DNA of 64,000 nt from Candidatus Bathyarchaeum tardum (lineage in GTDB: Archaea > Thermoproteota > Bathyarchaeia > Bathyarchaeales > Bathyarchaeaceae). The notes below the pieces were generated by a model, which had not been told where the DNA came from, did no database searches, and saw only the letters and a program-made list of their open reading frames with translations. Location of the stretch: positions 512,001-576,000 of the forward strand of contig CP122380.1 in NCBI GenBank assembly GCA_024650005.2, read 5' to 3'. The translations under genes were made by a program, and so were the position numbers. Each line of letters opens with the position of its first letter. Within the stretch, counting starts at the first letter, position 1. Shown here piece after piece: positions 21,325 through 31,403 of this stretch.

Positions 21325-23865
21325 ATGGAAAAACAAACAAGAAAAATTAAAATAGATTCTGTCTTGTTGCTTGCAATACTGACGATATCATCTCTTGCTG
21401 TATTTTTATCCAGTGCGATTGCCCAAGAAACACCAACAATGCAGTCTTATCCATTTATTGGAGCTGTTCCAAATCCTGTACAAGTAAATCAAATGTTACT
21501 ATTTCACGTGGGAATTTCACAACAACTTAGTTCCACAGCAATGGGTTGGACTGACTTAAGCATAACCATAGAAAGACCCGATGGTGAAACTGACATAATA
21601 ACTGACATCCGAACTGACTCGACCGGAGGAACTGGTGTAGTATATGTGCCTCCAGTTGTTGGAACTTACACTGCACAACTTCATTTTCCAGATCAAGAAA
21701 TTACATCAGACAGAACCACTCCAGGACTGCCTGTTGGAGGAATTATGCTAGGCAGTGACAGCGAAGTAATAGAATTTGTTGTTCAAGATGACCCCATTAG
21801 CTATTATCCTGGTCAACCGCTTCCAGATGAATACTGGACACGACCAGTAAACGGTCAACTTTACGAATGGTCAAATATTCTGGGAGATTGGGTAAAACCA
21901 GCTGGAAGTTACTACATGCCCCCCATTGCAAAATACCATGCTGGAAACGCAGACTTTCCTGAAACTGCCCACATCCTTTGGACGAAAGTATACACTCAAG
22001 GCGGTCTGGGCAACGCTGAACTCGGAAATGTGCAATATGAAATGGGCGATGCTTACGAATACAAATTCATTGGATCAGTAATCCTTGGTGGAGTATTATA
22101 CTATAACGCATATGAAGCTCGAGGAACAAACCCTGAACTAGAGCAACAAGTTGTTGCTGTTGACATTAAAACTGGTGAAGAACTCTGGAGAAAAACCTTG
22201 GGTAACAATGAAAGATTAGCCTATGGGCAATCTTTCCACTGGGACTCATACAACTATCACGGAATTTTCGGATACCTTTGGACTGCAACTCCAGATAACA
22301 GTGCTGGTTTTGCACCGCTAAACGTTCCTCAAACATTGAAAGCTTATGATCCACAATCAGGACGCTGGGAATACACCATAGAAAATGTGCCCCCAGGTGA
22401 GACAATTTACGGTCCAAAAGGCGAAATGTACAGATACACTGTAAACTTGAGGAATGGTTGGATGACTCTTTGGAACTCAAGTCGAACAGTTTCCGTGTCT
22501 GGAAGCTGGAGACCCCAAGGAAACACCTATGACGCAGCTAGGGGAATTGAATGGAACGTAACAATACCCACAGACTTGCCTGGATCTGTTGCAATGACAT
22601 TCTTCAATGACCGAATACACGGAAGCCAAGCTAACAGCCTCTTTGGATGGTCACAACAAGATGTAACTTCATGGGCTATTGATGTTTCACCCGGCAATGA
22701 AGGTGAATTAATATTCAAAAAAACTGTTACGATGCCTGAACCTGATATGACCCTAGTTTGGTGTGACGCAATGCTTGATGATAACCGATTCATCATATCT
22801 GCAAAAGAAAACCGAAGATATTATGCATTCGATTTAACTACAGGTGATTTGGTTTGGACTAGTGAACCAGAACAATACTTGGCTTTCTACGACAAGTGGT
22901 ATGGTCCTGCATATGGTTATGGCAAATTCTTCACTGGTCGTGTAAGCGGAATTGTAACATGTTATGATCTTGAAACTGGCAATGTTGACTGGACATACAA
23001 TGTTGCAGATAACTTGGCAGAAGTAACATGGAGTAACAACTTCCCAATCGAGTATCACTTCATTGCGGACGGAAAAATCTGTTTATCTTACGGTGAGCAT
23101 TCGCCAATTAATCCTCTTCCACGAGGTGGACCTATGGTTGTCCTAGATATTGAAACAGGAGAAAAAATCTGGGAAATCAGTTGGGTAAACAACTGGTGGG
23201 GCGGACACACTTTGATTGGTGACAGTACCATCGTAGGGTTAAACGGTTATGACAACAGAATATATAGTATCGGCAAAGGACCGTCTGAAATTACAATTGA
23301 ATCGCCTCTGATGGGTTTAGCTCTTGGTTCAAGTGTTACCTTACGCGGTAGAGTTACTGACATTTCACCCGGCACGCAAGATTATGCAATTTCCGCGCGC
23401 TTCCCCAATGGCGTTCCAGTAGTAGCTGACGAAGACATGACTGCTTGGATGGAATATGTTTACATGCAATTTGGTCGACCAGCTGACGTAAATGGTGTTC
23501 CAGTGAAAATTGAAATCGTTGACCCTAATGGTCATTACGAATGGATTGGAACTGCAACAACTGATGTTTACGGCAACTACGGTTATTCATTTAGGCCCCA
23601 AGTTGAAGGTCAATACATGATTATAGCCACTTTCGAAGGCTCCGCTTCATACTTCGGCTCAACGTCAACAACATACTTCACTGTAGATCCAGCTCCTACA
23701 CCTGCTGCACCTATTGAACCTGAAGAACCTGAAACCCCTGTAGCACCTATTGAACCAACCCAACCAGAAGCACCATTGATCACCACTGAAATTGCAATCA
23801 TCATAGCAGTTGCCGTTGTCGCAGTAATCGGCGTAGCCGCATACTGGATGCTAAAACGCAAATAA
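21325..23865 (+). CDS. Secreted PQQ-like beta-propeller surface protein with Ig-like domains, Pro-rich linker and C-terminal TM anchor (paralog 1)
   Basis: Signal peptide, repeated AxDxxTGxxxW propeller motifs, PEEPETP linker, TM plus KRK tail. Confidence 0.85.
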   Translation: MEKQTRKIKIDSVLLLAILTISSLAVFLSSAIAQETPTMQSYPFIGAVPNPVQVNQMLLFHVGISQQLSSTAMGWTDLSITIERPDGETDIITDIRTDSTGGTGVVYVPPVVGTYTAQLHFPDQEITSDRTTPGLPVGGIMLGSDSEVIEFVVQDDPISYYPGQPLPDEYWTRPVNGQLYEWSNILGDWVKPAGSYYMPPIAKYHAGNADFPETAHILWTKVYTQGGLGNAELGNVQYEMGDAYEYKFIGSVILGGVLYYNAYEARGTNPELEQQVVAVDIKTGEELWRKTLGNNERLAYGQSFHWDSYNYHGIFGYLWTATPDNSAGFAPLNVPQTLKAYDPQSGRWEYTIENVPPGETIYGPKGEMYRYTVNLRNGWMTLWNSSRTVSVSGSWRPQGNTYDAARGIEWNVTIPTDLPGSVAMTFFNDRIHGSQANSLFGWSQQDVTSWAIDVSPGNEGELIFKKTVTMPEPDMTLVWCDAMLDDNRFIISAKENRRYYAFDLTTGDLVWTSEPEQYLAFYDKWYGPAYGYGKFFTGRVSGIVTCYDLETGNVDWTYNVADNLAEVTWSNNFPIEYHFIADGKICLSYGEHSPINPLPRGGPMVVLDIETGEKIWEISWVNNWWGGHTLIGDSTIVGLNGYDNRIYSIGKGPSEITIESPLMGLALGSSVTLRGRVTDISPGTQDYAISARFPNGVPVVADEDMTAWMEYVYMQFGRPADVNGVPVKIEIVDPNGHYEWIGTATTDVYGNYGYSFRPQVEGQYMIIATFEGSASYFGSTSTTYFTVDPAPTPAAPIEPEEPETPVAPIEPTQPEAPLITTEIAIIIAVAVVAVIGVAAYWMLKRK

Positions 23866-23934
23866 ACCAAACATCCCCTCCCTCTTTTTTGGGAAAATCC
23901 ATTGGAAGAAACGGGGCTGAAAAGGCTCAAGCAC
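23478..23934 (+). repeat. Dispersed repeat copy A (matches 48696..49153)
   Basis: Base-by-base match over the last 128 codons and ~70 bp of 3' flank, apart from a one-T indel. Confidence 0.95.
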
Positions 23935-24112
23935 AAAATTGAAAAACTAACCTTAAGCGATAGTAGTAGGTTTTTTTCATTTTTCTTCCTCTATTGCCTG
24001 TGCAAGGGTCTCAGCAAGCCCGTTTTTTCATTTTATTTTTTTGTATATGATTACAAAAGTAAAGAATCCTAATGCAAAAACGCCTATTTAGTTAATCCAT
24101 TACGTGAATGTG

Positions 24113-24877
24113 TTACTGCTTCTTTTTTGCGTACCATTGAACTTGAATTTGATAGTTTGCACTTCTTGTAGGTTTACAGTTTCCTTTTCCACTGAATTTA
24201 GCATAAATTTCTACTGTGTCATCCCACCAATCTAGTTGGGTTGCTTTCCATTGAATACTGAAATATCCATCTGTATCTGTTACTCCCGAAGTTAAGACAC
24301 TGTCCCCGAAAAATGATCTGTCGTGTTCCAAAATTTTTATAGTGCTGTTTTGTATTCCTTTGCCTGTTTGACTGTTAATTAGCCAACCTTCAAAAGTAAC
24401 AGTAGAACCTGATTCAACAACATTGGGCGGAGACATCATTGCAATGCCTGTTTGTTCGATTGCTTCGCATTGTTTTTCAGGTTTTTCTATACTTTCCTCA
24501 GTTTTGGTGGTTGTTAAATCTTCTATGTCAGCATCGCAACTTTTCTTTACAGCTTCAATTCCTTTTTTGCAGCCTTGTTTGCTGTTGTATCCTTCGCTTG
24601 AGCCAATAATTTCTCCATTTGCTGCAATCAAATTAAATCGGAACTTAAAGTTGGTGTCAACAATAATTTCGTATTTCGGGTTTGGAATATTTTTTGTTTC
24701 AACGGTTTTGTCTTGTATTTCAGACTGACAATTCTTTTGTATGGATTTAATTCCAGTTATAACTCCTGATTTGTTTTCGTATGCTTCACTGACAACGATA
24801 ATCTTGTTGTTAATGCCACGAAGTCTGAATCGATATTTTCCTGAAACATCTTTGTAGACTTGGTATCTCGCTTTCAA
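24113..24877 (-). CDS. YegP/DUF1508 tandem-domain protein with C-terminal Ig-like domain
   Basis: Two YRFRL..N..I..SEaY..K.G...GI..ikK repeats. Confidence 0.75.
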   Translation of the reverse strand: MKARYQVYKDVSGKYRFRLRGINNKIIVVSEAYENKSGVITGIKSIQKNCQSEIQDKTVETKNIPNPKYEIIVDTNFKFRFNLIAANGEIIGSSEGYNSKQGCKKGIEAVKKSCDADIEDLTTTKTEESIEKPEKQCEAIEQTGIAMMSPPNVVESGSTVTFEGWLINSQTGKGIQNSTIKILEHDRSFFGDSVLTSGVTDTDGYFSIQWKATQLDWWDDTVEIYAKFSGKGNCKPTRSANYQIQVQWYAKKKQ

Positions 24878-25018
24878 TTTTCTCTCCCTTCTTCAAAATT
24901 GCCGATTTGACCGTATAAGGTTTGGGATGAACGTATCAATTAAGCTAAAAAAAATGTGTTGGTTTAGCTTTTTTACTAACTTAGAATTTAGGAAAAAAAG
25001 CTTAGATTATTTTGGTTT

Positions 25019-25477
25019 TTATTTTTTCAATGTAAGAAGGCTTGAGTACATATTTAGGGGCCAGCTGTTGTATGCTTTTTTGATTTGTATATGAAATTCT
25101 TTGATTCCTTCTATTTTGCTGAGTTCATCATGTGTTTGGGATAGATGGTCCAAGTCTTTGAAAGGAACTATTGCTGTAAGTTCAAAGGGTCCGTAATGTT
25201 TCAAGGCTACGATAACGTTTTGGGTGTTGCATATTTTTTTAAAAATTTCATCTAGATTATGTTTATATGAAATTTTGATTCTAAATATTGCTTGACCAAT
25301 ATATCCCAGTTTTTCCAAGTTCAAACTTATGGTTGAATGGGGTAGCATATCTTTCATTTTTTTGTATCTGTTAATCACTTTTTTAGTGGAAATCCCGAGT
25401 TCCTCAGCAATTTGTGAAAATGGCATTCGAGCATTGTTTGTTAGTATTTGTGCAATTTTTAGGTCGGTTTCGTCCAA
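25019..25477 (-). CDS. Lrp/AsnC-family regulator
   Basis: MDETDLKIAQILTNNARMPFSQIAEELGIS HTH. Confidence 0.85.
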   Translation of the reverse strand: MDETDLKIAQILTNNARMPFSQIAEELGISTKKVINRYKKMKDMLPHSTISLNLEKLGYIGQAIFRIKISYKHNLDEIFKKICNTQNVIVALKHYGPFELTAIVPFKDLDHLSQTHDELSKIEGIKEFHIQIKKAYNSWPLNMYSSLLTLKK

Positions 25478-25957
25478 TTATGTTTCCTCATATTCTTCGA
25501 TTACAAGGTTTTTTGGGTGGTCTACTCTTCCCATGTCCCAGGCAATAAGGGCGTTTGCGTTTACAACATTTGGGTTAGTTCGAATGTATGCTATTGTTTT
25601 GTTTATTTGTTCAACGTGTTCAAGAGCTATAACAACCGTTAGATTATAGGTACCAATTTCTGGAAGTATATTAACAAGGTTGGGAGTGTTTTTCAGAAAA
25701 TCATAAACACTTTGAATTTTATTTGCACAAGCTTGTATGGGTATAAACGCGATGTAGTTGTATCCTAAATATTTTGGGTTAATTTGGGTAATTTCTCCTG
25801 TTATGACTCCTTCTTCTTTAAGGCGGTCAATTCTGAATTTGATGCTGTTGCTGGATATGCCGCATTCTTTTGCAATATCAACATAAGGTGTACGTGCATC
25901 GTTTAACAACGCTTTCATAATGACTATGTCTATTCTGTCAATCTTTGGTCGTTTCAC
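25478..25957 (-). CDS. Lrp/AsnC-family regulator
   Basis: IDRIDIVIMKALLNDARTPYVDIAKECGIS HTH. Stop abuts the next start in frame. Confidence 0.85.
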   Translation of the reverse strand: MKRPKIDRIDIVIMKALLNDARTPYVDIAKECGISSNSIKFRIDRLKEEGVITGEITQINPKYLGYNYIAFIPIQACANKIQSVYDFLKNTPNLVNILPEIGTYNLTVVIALEHVEQINKTIAYIRTNPNVVNANALIAWDMGRVDHPKNLVIEEYEET

Positions 25958-26057
25958 AATGTTATGCCCATTTTACAGAACTATGCTCAACAGTAATATC
26001 TTTTGCTGCATTCCATCTTTTATTTATTTACTGTAATAGTTTGAAGGAGCTTTTGAC

Positions 26058-26503
26058 ATGAAACTCTTTCATGAATGTATGCAAGAATATCGAAAACAAG
26101 TGCAGAAAGGCGCCATTACCGAAGCATATCGGGGATTAATGGATTACTTTAACAGTTTACGTCTTTATTTTAAGAAAATATATCCTGACTATTCTGTATC
26201 TGGAACTGTTTAATATGGGTACATGGATATGACCTATTTTTCCGTCATTCCTGAGAGTTTGAAGCATGCCTAGCAGGGTTAAACAAGGGGATTCAAACAA
26301 AATATTGGACAATAGTCAAAGAGAGTAACTGGAAAAAATATAACATTCCATCAACAACCAAAGGTGTTGACTCAATCATCGAATACGTTCTAGTTGACAA
26401 TCCAGATTTCAGTAACTTGGAAAAGTTAACAAAGCAAATAGAACACAAAACATTAGATTTTATCAAGGATATTGAAAATTTTCTATCAAAGCATTCGGGC
26501 TGA
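26058..26503 (+). pseudogene. DUF7000-like protein pseudogene
   Basis: MKLFHECMQEYRKQVQKGAITEAYRGLMDY..YPDYSVSGTV*YGYMDMTYF, then a frameshift/deletion before LAGLNKGIQTKYW... Confidence 0.6.
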
Positions 26504-26666
26504 TTTTTAGTCTGGGTTCAAAAATTTCTGAAAATAAACTGGTAATTTGGAAAATGTGTCAGAACTTGTCCGTATCCTTCATGTGATTTAGTAAACTGTT
26601 ATTTTTTTGATTTACAAAAAGCCCTAGAAATAAAGAATGAATAAACTTGCTCAGATTTTGCTTCTT

Positions 26667-26966
26667 TTATTTTTCTTCTGCGAATTCTTCTAGTTGTTGT
26701 TTGTTCAGGCCAATTCCTGGTTTAGAGTCTAATCTTTTGTAGATTTTTCTGTCCCTAAACCAAATTACTGTTGGATAGTATTCTATGGCATATTCTTTGC
26801 AAAGTTCAGGGCATTCAACTTTATCCACTTTTATGCAGTCTTTTGAGCAATTCTGGGAATACTCTTCAAAATGAGGCAAAAATCGCCTAGAAAAACCACA
26901 CCATGACGCATAAAACAAAACTAGTGCATCTTTCGAGTTTATTGTTTCTTGAAAATCTTTTTCCAT
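26667..26966 (-). CDS. Thioredoxin-fold protein (CxxS)
   Basis: FYASWCGFS and cis-Pro YYPT motifs. Confidence 0.8.
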   Translation of the reverse strand: MEKDFQETINSKDALVLFYASWCGFSRRFLPHFEEYSQNCSKDCIKVDKVECPELCKEYAIEYYPTVIWFRDRKIYKRLDSKPGIGLNKQQLEEFAEEK

Positions 26967-27083
26967 GATTGTTCATAAACCCCTAAAAATACTGCTGCAG
27001 TTTTTCAGATAAGTTTTCCGAAAAAACGGCATAGTGGATAACAAGAACTGTTCTTTAGAATGTAATAATAAAGAGAATGTTGT

Positions 27084-27401
27084 TTATTCTCTTTTTTCCA
27101 CGACTATTTTGCATTTTGTTGCAATGGCTGCGATTGTTCCTAGGGCTGCTAGCCATGGGGCGATTACGATTCCGATGACTCCGATGGTTGCTGGAATTTC
27201 TAGGAGTATTTCGCCTTTTTCGTTTTTTATGATTATTCGGGTGACGTTTCCCTCGTGAAGTAGTTCTTTCACGCGTTCAATAAGATTGTCTGAGTCTACT
27301 GAATATTCTTCACTGGTGATTTTTTCTACTTTGCTTCCACAAGAAGAGCAGAATACGTCATCTTCGTTTAGTTTTGTTCCACATTTTATACAATAAGACA
27401 T
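27084..27401 (-). CDS. Zinc-ribbon plus DUF4342-like protein
   Basis: CIKCG..FCSSCG, then VKELLHEGNVTRIII..LEIP. Confidence 0.75.
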   Translation of the reverse strand: MSYCIKCGTKLNEDDVFCSSCGSKVEKITSEEYSVDSDNLIERVKELLHEGNVTRIIIKNEKGEILLEIPATIGVIGIVIAPWLAALGTIAAIATKCKIVVEKRE

Positions 27402-27528
27402 AACCCTTTTACCCCCCATTTGCTCATCAAAATAATTAACGTGCAATTTCTTTTATCCCTTACGGTAACTACACGAAATTGTTCGCAAAGAATATCACTG
27501 CCCGTTTTGCTATGATACGAGAGAAAAA

Positions 27529-29607
27529 TTGCCCAGAATTTACGTTTGCAGAAAATGCCACAATAAATACTCAAGTGAAGAATTTGACCAAAACCGCTTC
27601 TGTCTAGATTGCGGAACCTTTCTGAGTCCTAGGGTTGTTTCTTCTCAAGATGTTCCTAAACGAACTTGTATAACTCCAGCCGTGGCAGTGCAAACCAAAG
27701 ATTCTGGTGACCCTTGGCTTCCAATAGGGTATGAAGTCCGCAAAGGACAAGTCGAATTTGTAAAAGAAGCAACCAAAGCCTTGGAGAATAACGAAGTTTT
27801 CATTGGCAGTGCACCCTGTGGAATTGGAAAATCTTTGGCTTCCCTTCTTAGCATTTTGCCTATGCTTGGGGATAACAAGTTGCTGATTAGTTTTAGAACG
27901 CGAAGTCAACTGCACATTTTTCTTAAAGAACTTCGGGGGCTAAAAAAAGCTCCCTTAACTGTATCTTTTTTCAGCAAACAAGATATGTGTCCCTTAACTC
28001 AAAAACGGGCTGGAACTTATTTTGATTTTTTGGAAGAGTGCAAACGCCTTAAAGAAAACTGTGAAACGTCAACTAAACCTTTCTGTAAATATTACTGGAA
28101 AACCCTGATGAGACGGCACGAAGCAGAGCGCCTAGCCATGGATTGTGCACGGAAAATTGTTGACCCTCAAACTGCTAGTTTCAAACTGGCCAAAGAAGGG
28201 TTTTGCGCTTACGAAGCTCTGAAAATGATTTTGAGCAAAGTCCAGATTTTTCTTGGAACTTATCATTATACTTTCAATTCTCCTGTTCGTAAATCGTTGC
28301 TGCAAAGTTGGGGGGTAGATCTTTCTGACGTTTATTTGATTGTGGATGAAGCCCACAATATTCCTGATTTTTCTCGAGATTTATTGTCTGACCGAATTAC
28401 CCAGTTTACGATAGAAAATGCCCTTAAAGAAACAGAAAATTTTGAACATGACGCCTCAGGTGACGTTCAAGACTTTCTTAACGTACTGGATGATGACGTC
28501 TTTAGGTACATCCAAAAAGATTTGGGAACTTCGAACCTCAAGCTCCTTGATCACCAAGATCTTGCGAAAAAATTCCAAGAATGGAGCGGAACCTCTAGCG
28601 AAAAAGCTGCAGAAATTTTTCATGAATACGGAGAATATGTAAAACAGGTACGACAAGAACAAGGATATGACCGAGTTTTCAGTTATACTCATCGTGTGGG
28701 AGATTTTGTAGAGAATTTCTTCCAGAAAACTGGAGAAAAATATGTTCATATGATCCAAAAAGAATGGGGTGACAGGATCTACCTTGGAGTAAAAAGTTTA
28801 GATGGCAGAGAAGTCACTGATCCCGTTTTGCGGGAAGCAAAAGGTAGCATTGTAATGAGTGGGTTTTTGTCTCCGCCAAAAGTTTACCGGGACTTGATTC
28901 TTTACAGTAAAAAAGGTGTGCACCTGAAAGAGTTTGATTCCCCTTTTCCTGCCGAGAATCGGCTTATTCTAGCAGCAAGTGATGTTTCCTCACGGTATGA
29001 ACAAAGAACTGATAGTATGCTCAAAAAATGTGCAGATTATATTGAAACGATTTCTTTGGCTAATCAGGGAAACATGGCAGTATTTTTTACCAGTTACTAT
29101 TTGATGAATTCGATTCTTTCCCAAACAGATTTGGGCCGAACAGTAATTGTGGAAGAGCGTAAAACTCGGCAAAAAGAAGTAATGGACAAACTTAACAGTT
29201 CACGAAACAACGTTTTGTTCGGAGTTATGGGGGGAAAATTCAGTGAAGGAATGGATTACCCAAACAACCTGTTAACCTGTGTGGTAACCGTGGGATTGCC
29301 TTATGCAACATGGAGTGTTTATCAAAAGGCTTTGATAGATTACTTTGATTACCAGTTCCCTGGAAATGGACGTGCTTACGCATATTTGACTCCTGCAATT
29401 TTTCGTTTAGTTCAAGCCTGTGGACGGGCTCACCGTTCAGCAGAAGACAAAGGATGCATCATAATGTTGGATGAACGGGTGAACCACTATAACATTAAGC
29501 AGTTGCTTCCTAGTTATTATCAAAAAGAAATGAAAACAGTAGCTAATCCGATGGAATGTGCAGAAAACGTAACTAGGTTTTGGAACAAACATAATAACTA
29601 TTGCTAG
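27529..29607 (+). CDS. XPD/Rad3/DinG-family Fe-S DNA helicase with N-terminal Zn ribbon
   Basis: APCGIGKS, Fe-S Cys cluster, DEAHN, SEGMDY, QACGRAHRS. Confidence 0.9.
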   Translation: MPRIYVCRKCHNKYSSEEFDQNRFCLDCGTFLSPRVVSSQDVPKRTCITPAVAVQTKDSGDPWLPIGYEVRKGQVEFVKEATKALENNEVFIGSAPCGIGKSLASLLSILPMLGDNKLLISFRTRSQLHIFLKELRGLKKAPLTVSFFSKQDMCPLTQKRAGTYFDFLEECKRLKENCETSTKPFCKYYWKTLMRRHEAERLAMDCARKIVDPQTASFKLAKEGFCAYEALKMILSKVQIFLGTYHYTFNSPVRKSLLQSWGVDLSDVYLIVDEAHNIPDFSRDLLSDRITQFTIENALKETENFEHDASGDVQDFLNVLDDDVFRYIQKDLGTSNLKLLDHQDLAKKFQEWSGTSSEKAAEIFHEYGEYVKQVRQEQGYDRVFSYTHRVGDFVENFFQKTGEKYVHMIQKEWGDRIYLGVKSLDGREVTDPVLREAKGSIVMSGFLSPPKVYRDLILYSKKGVHLKEFDSPFPAENRLILAASDVSSRYEQRTDSMLKKCADYIETISLANQGNMAVFFTSYYLMNSILSQTDLGRTVIVEERKTRQKEVMDKLNSSRNNVLFGVMGGKFSEGMDYPNNLLTCVVTVGLPYATWSVYQKALIDYFDYQFPGNGRAYAYLTPAIFRLVQACGRAHRSAEDKGCIIMLDERVNHYNIKQLLPSYYQKEMKTVANPMECAENVTRFWNKHNNYC

Positions 29608-29814
29608 TTTGCCTAGGCTAAACCGTTACAAATGTGTAAGTGTGCGATTTTGCCATTTGGGTAACGGGGCATTCCAATTTTTTCCGCATTTTGCTGCTTT
29701 ACTGTGGTCATCGGAAGTGAGTTAATTTTATTATCTGGCTTTAGTTATGATATACCGTTGATTCCTTTAACAAACATTATTGGCGCCTGTCAAACTGTTG
29801 GGATTGATTAGAAC

Positions 29815-30405
29815 TTGTCAAAAAAGAAAAAAATCAAACGGAAAAGCTTTGCAGCCCGAGAAGATTTGCTCGAACATATGAACTTAATTGCTAAAGATAA
29901 CGACTTGAGCCTTTACAAGTACGTAAATGACGTGTTTGAATTAACTATACGGGCAAACGAGATGGGGGTCACCTTTGACAGGTTGCTTAACTCCCGTGAG
30001 TTATTAAATGACGCAAAAGAAAACGGTTACACCCTTGGTTTGGAAAGCATATGGTACGCAATGGCTGATCTTGCATATAGTAATGCAAAAAGAAAATCTT
30101 TAGATAGCTGGTTTGACGCTGGTGTTTGGTTAGCAAAACGATACCTTACAGGAAAAAGCCCTGACCCTTTTGAAACTTTTACAAAAGATTTAAGCGATTT
30201 TACTTGGAACATTCCTGAGCTTGACTTCAAGAAAACAGCAGATGCTCTTTCAGTTCGGGTTGTAAGTCCCCGTTTGCCTGAATCCTACACCATGCTCTTT
30301 ATGTCTTTTCTTGAAGGATCCATACAAACTTTTGGTTACCAAATTGAAACTAAAGATACTTCGCGGGGAATCATCTGTTTACATGCAACTAAAAAATCGC
30401 AGTAG
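29815..30405 (+). CDS. Ribbon-helix-helix plus V4R-like protein
   Basis: N-terminal RKSFAAREDL..IAK RHH-like segment, W..AGVW and FLEG..FGY. Paralog of next gene. Confidence 0.5.
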   Translation: MSKKKKIKRKSFAAREDLLEHMNLIAKDNDLSLYKYVNDVFELTIRANEMGVTFDRLLNSRELLNDAKENGYTLGLESIWYAMADLAYSNAKRKSLDSWFDAGVWLAKRYLTGKSPDPFETFTKDLSDFTWNIPELDFKKTADALSVRVVSPRLPESYTMLFMSFLEGSIQTFGYQIETKDTSRGIICLHATKKSQ

Positions 30406-30470
30406 TTGGCTGTACTAATAAATAGAATTATAAACCGTTTCACACACGGTTGACATGTAGGAAATGAGGA

Positions 30471-31043
30471 ATGTCTAAAGCTAAGGATAAACGGCTAGTT
30501 TACATACCGGGCGACCTAGTGGAAGAAATCAAAGAGATTTCCAGGCGCCGCGGAGAATCCTTAAGCCTATTTGTAAGTGACATTTTGAAGCTCGCATTAA
30601 AAGCACACAACCTAGGATACGGTCCTAAACAAGCTGCCGAATTTTTAGACGTCATGCGCTCCCAACGGAACTTAGGCGGAGTTTTTGTACCTGCTGACGT
30701 TTTAGAATACTTGAATGAAGCAGCTTGTGAATCAGAAACTGAACAACTGAAAATGAAATGGTACGAAAGCGGAAAATGGCACGGTAAGTACATTAAAGAA
30801 AAATTCAATGATCCTGTTCAGACTCTTCGAAACTTTCTTGAAGCCACGCGATGGGACTTAAGCGAAGTTGAAGTAACAAACAACCAAAACATCGTTAAAT
30901 TTCGTTGCATATCAACCCTGCTAACTGGAGAAGCAACTGAATTGCTCGCCCGCTTCATAGAAGGGGCAATGCATAATATGGGTTACACTACACAAAAAAG
31001 TGACGCAATGAAAGGAATGATACTTTTAGATTTTGTAAAATGA
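30471..31043 (+). CDS. Ribbon-helix-helix plus V4R-like protein
   Basis: RLVYIPGDLVEEIKEISRRRGESLSLFV RHH, WYESGKWHG, FIEGAM..GY. Confidence 0.55.
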   Translation: MSKAKDKRLVYIPGDLVEEIKEISRRRGESLSLFVSDILKLALKAHNLGYGPKQAAEFLDVMRSQRNLGGVFVPADVLEYLNEAACESETEQLKMKWYESGKWHGKYIKEKFNDPVQTLRNFLEATRWDLSEVEVTNNQNIVKFRCISTLLTGEATELLARFIEGAMHNMGYTTQKSDAMKGMILLDFVK

Positions 31044-31403
31044 ATTTTAAATACTTCAATAAAAATGTCTATTATGGCATGATTGAACATTCAATATTTA
31101 CTGATTTATTCAAGCATTTTTGTGTCGTTTTTTTCATTCCTGAATTGTTTTGTCGTAAGATTTGCGACAAATTTGGAATATAATAATATAGTGATAAAAA
31201 ATCTTTATTTATTACAAATTAGGTATGTTTTTTATATGTTTTATTCATTACGGTGTTTTCATTCTAAAGTATGTATACATTTTAATGTACGATCCAGAAA
31301 GTGTGCACATTAAATATAAATAGTGGTTTCAAGAACCCGAATAGACAGGTGAAGCAAAAGCTGATATTATCAGCGACGCTTCCATTTAATAAACGGAGAA
31401 AAA

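Noticed and set aside
23706-23757. Short repeat GCACCTATTGAACC inside the propeller genes as CRISPR-like or DGR-like element
   Set aside because: It encodes the APIEP linker repeat. There are no spacers, no reverse transcriptase and no adenine-specific mismatches between cassette copies.
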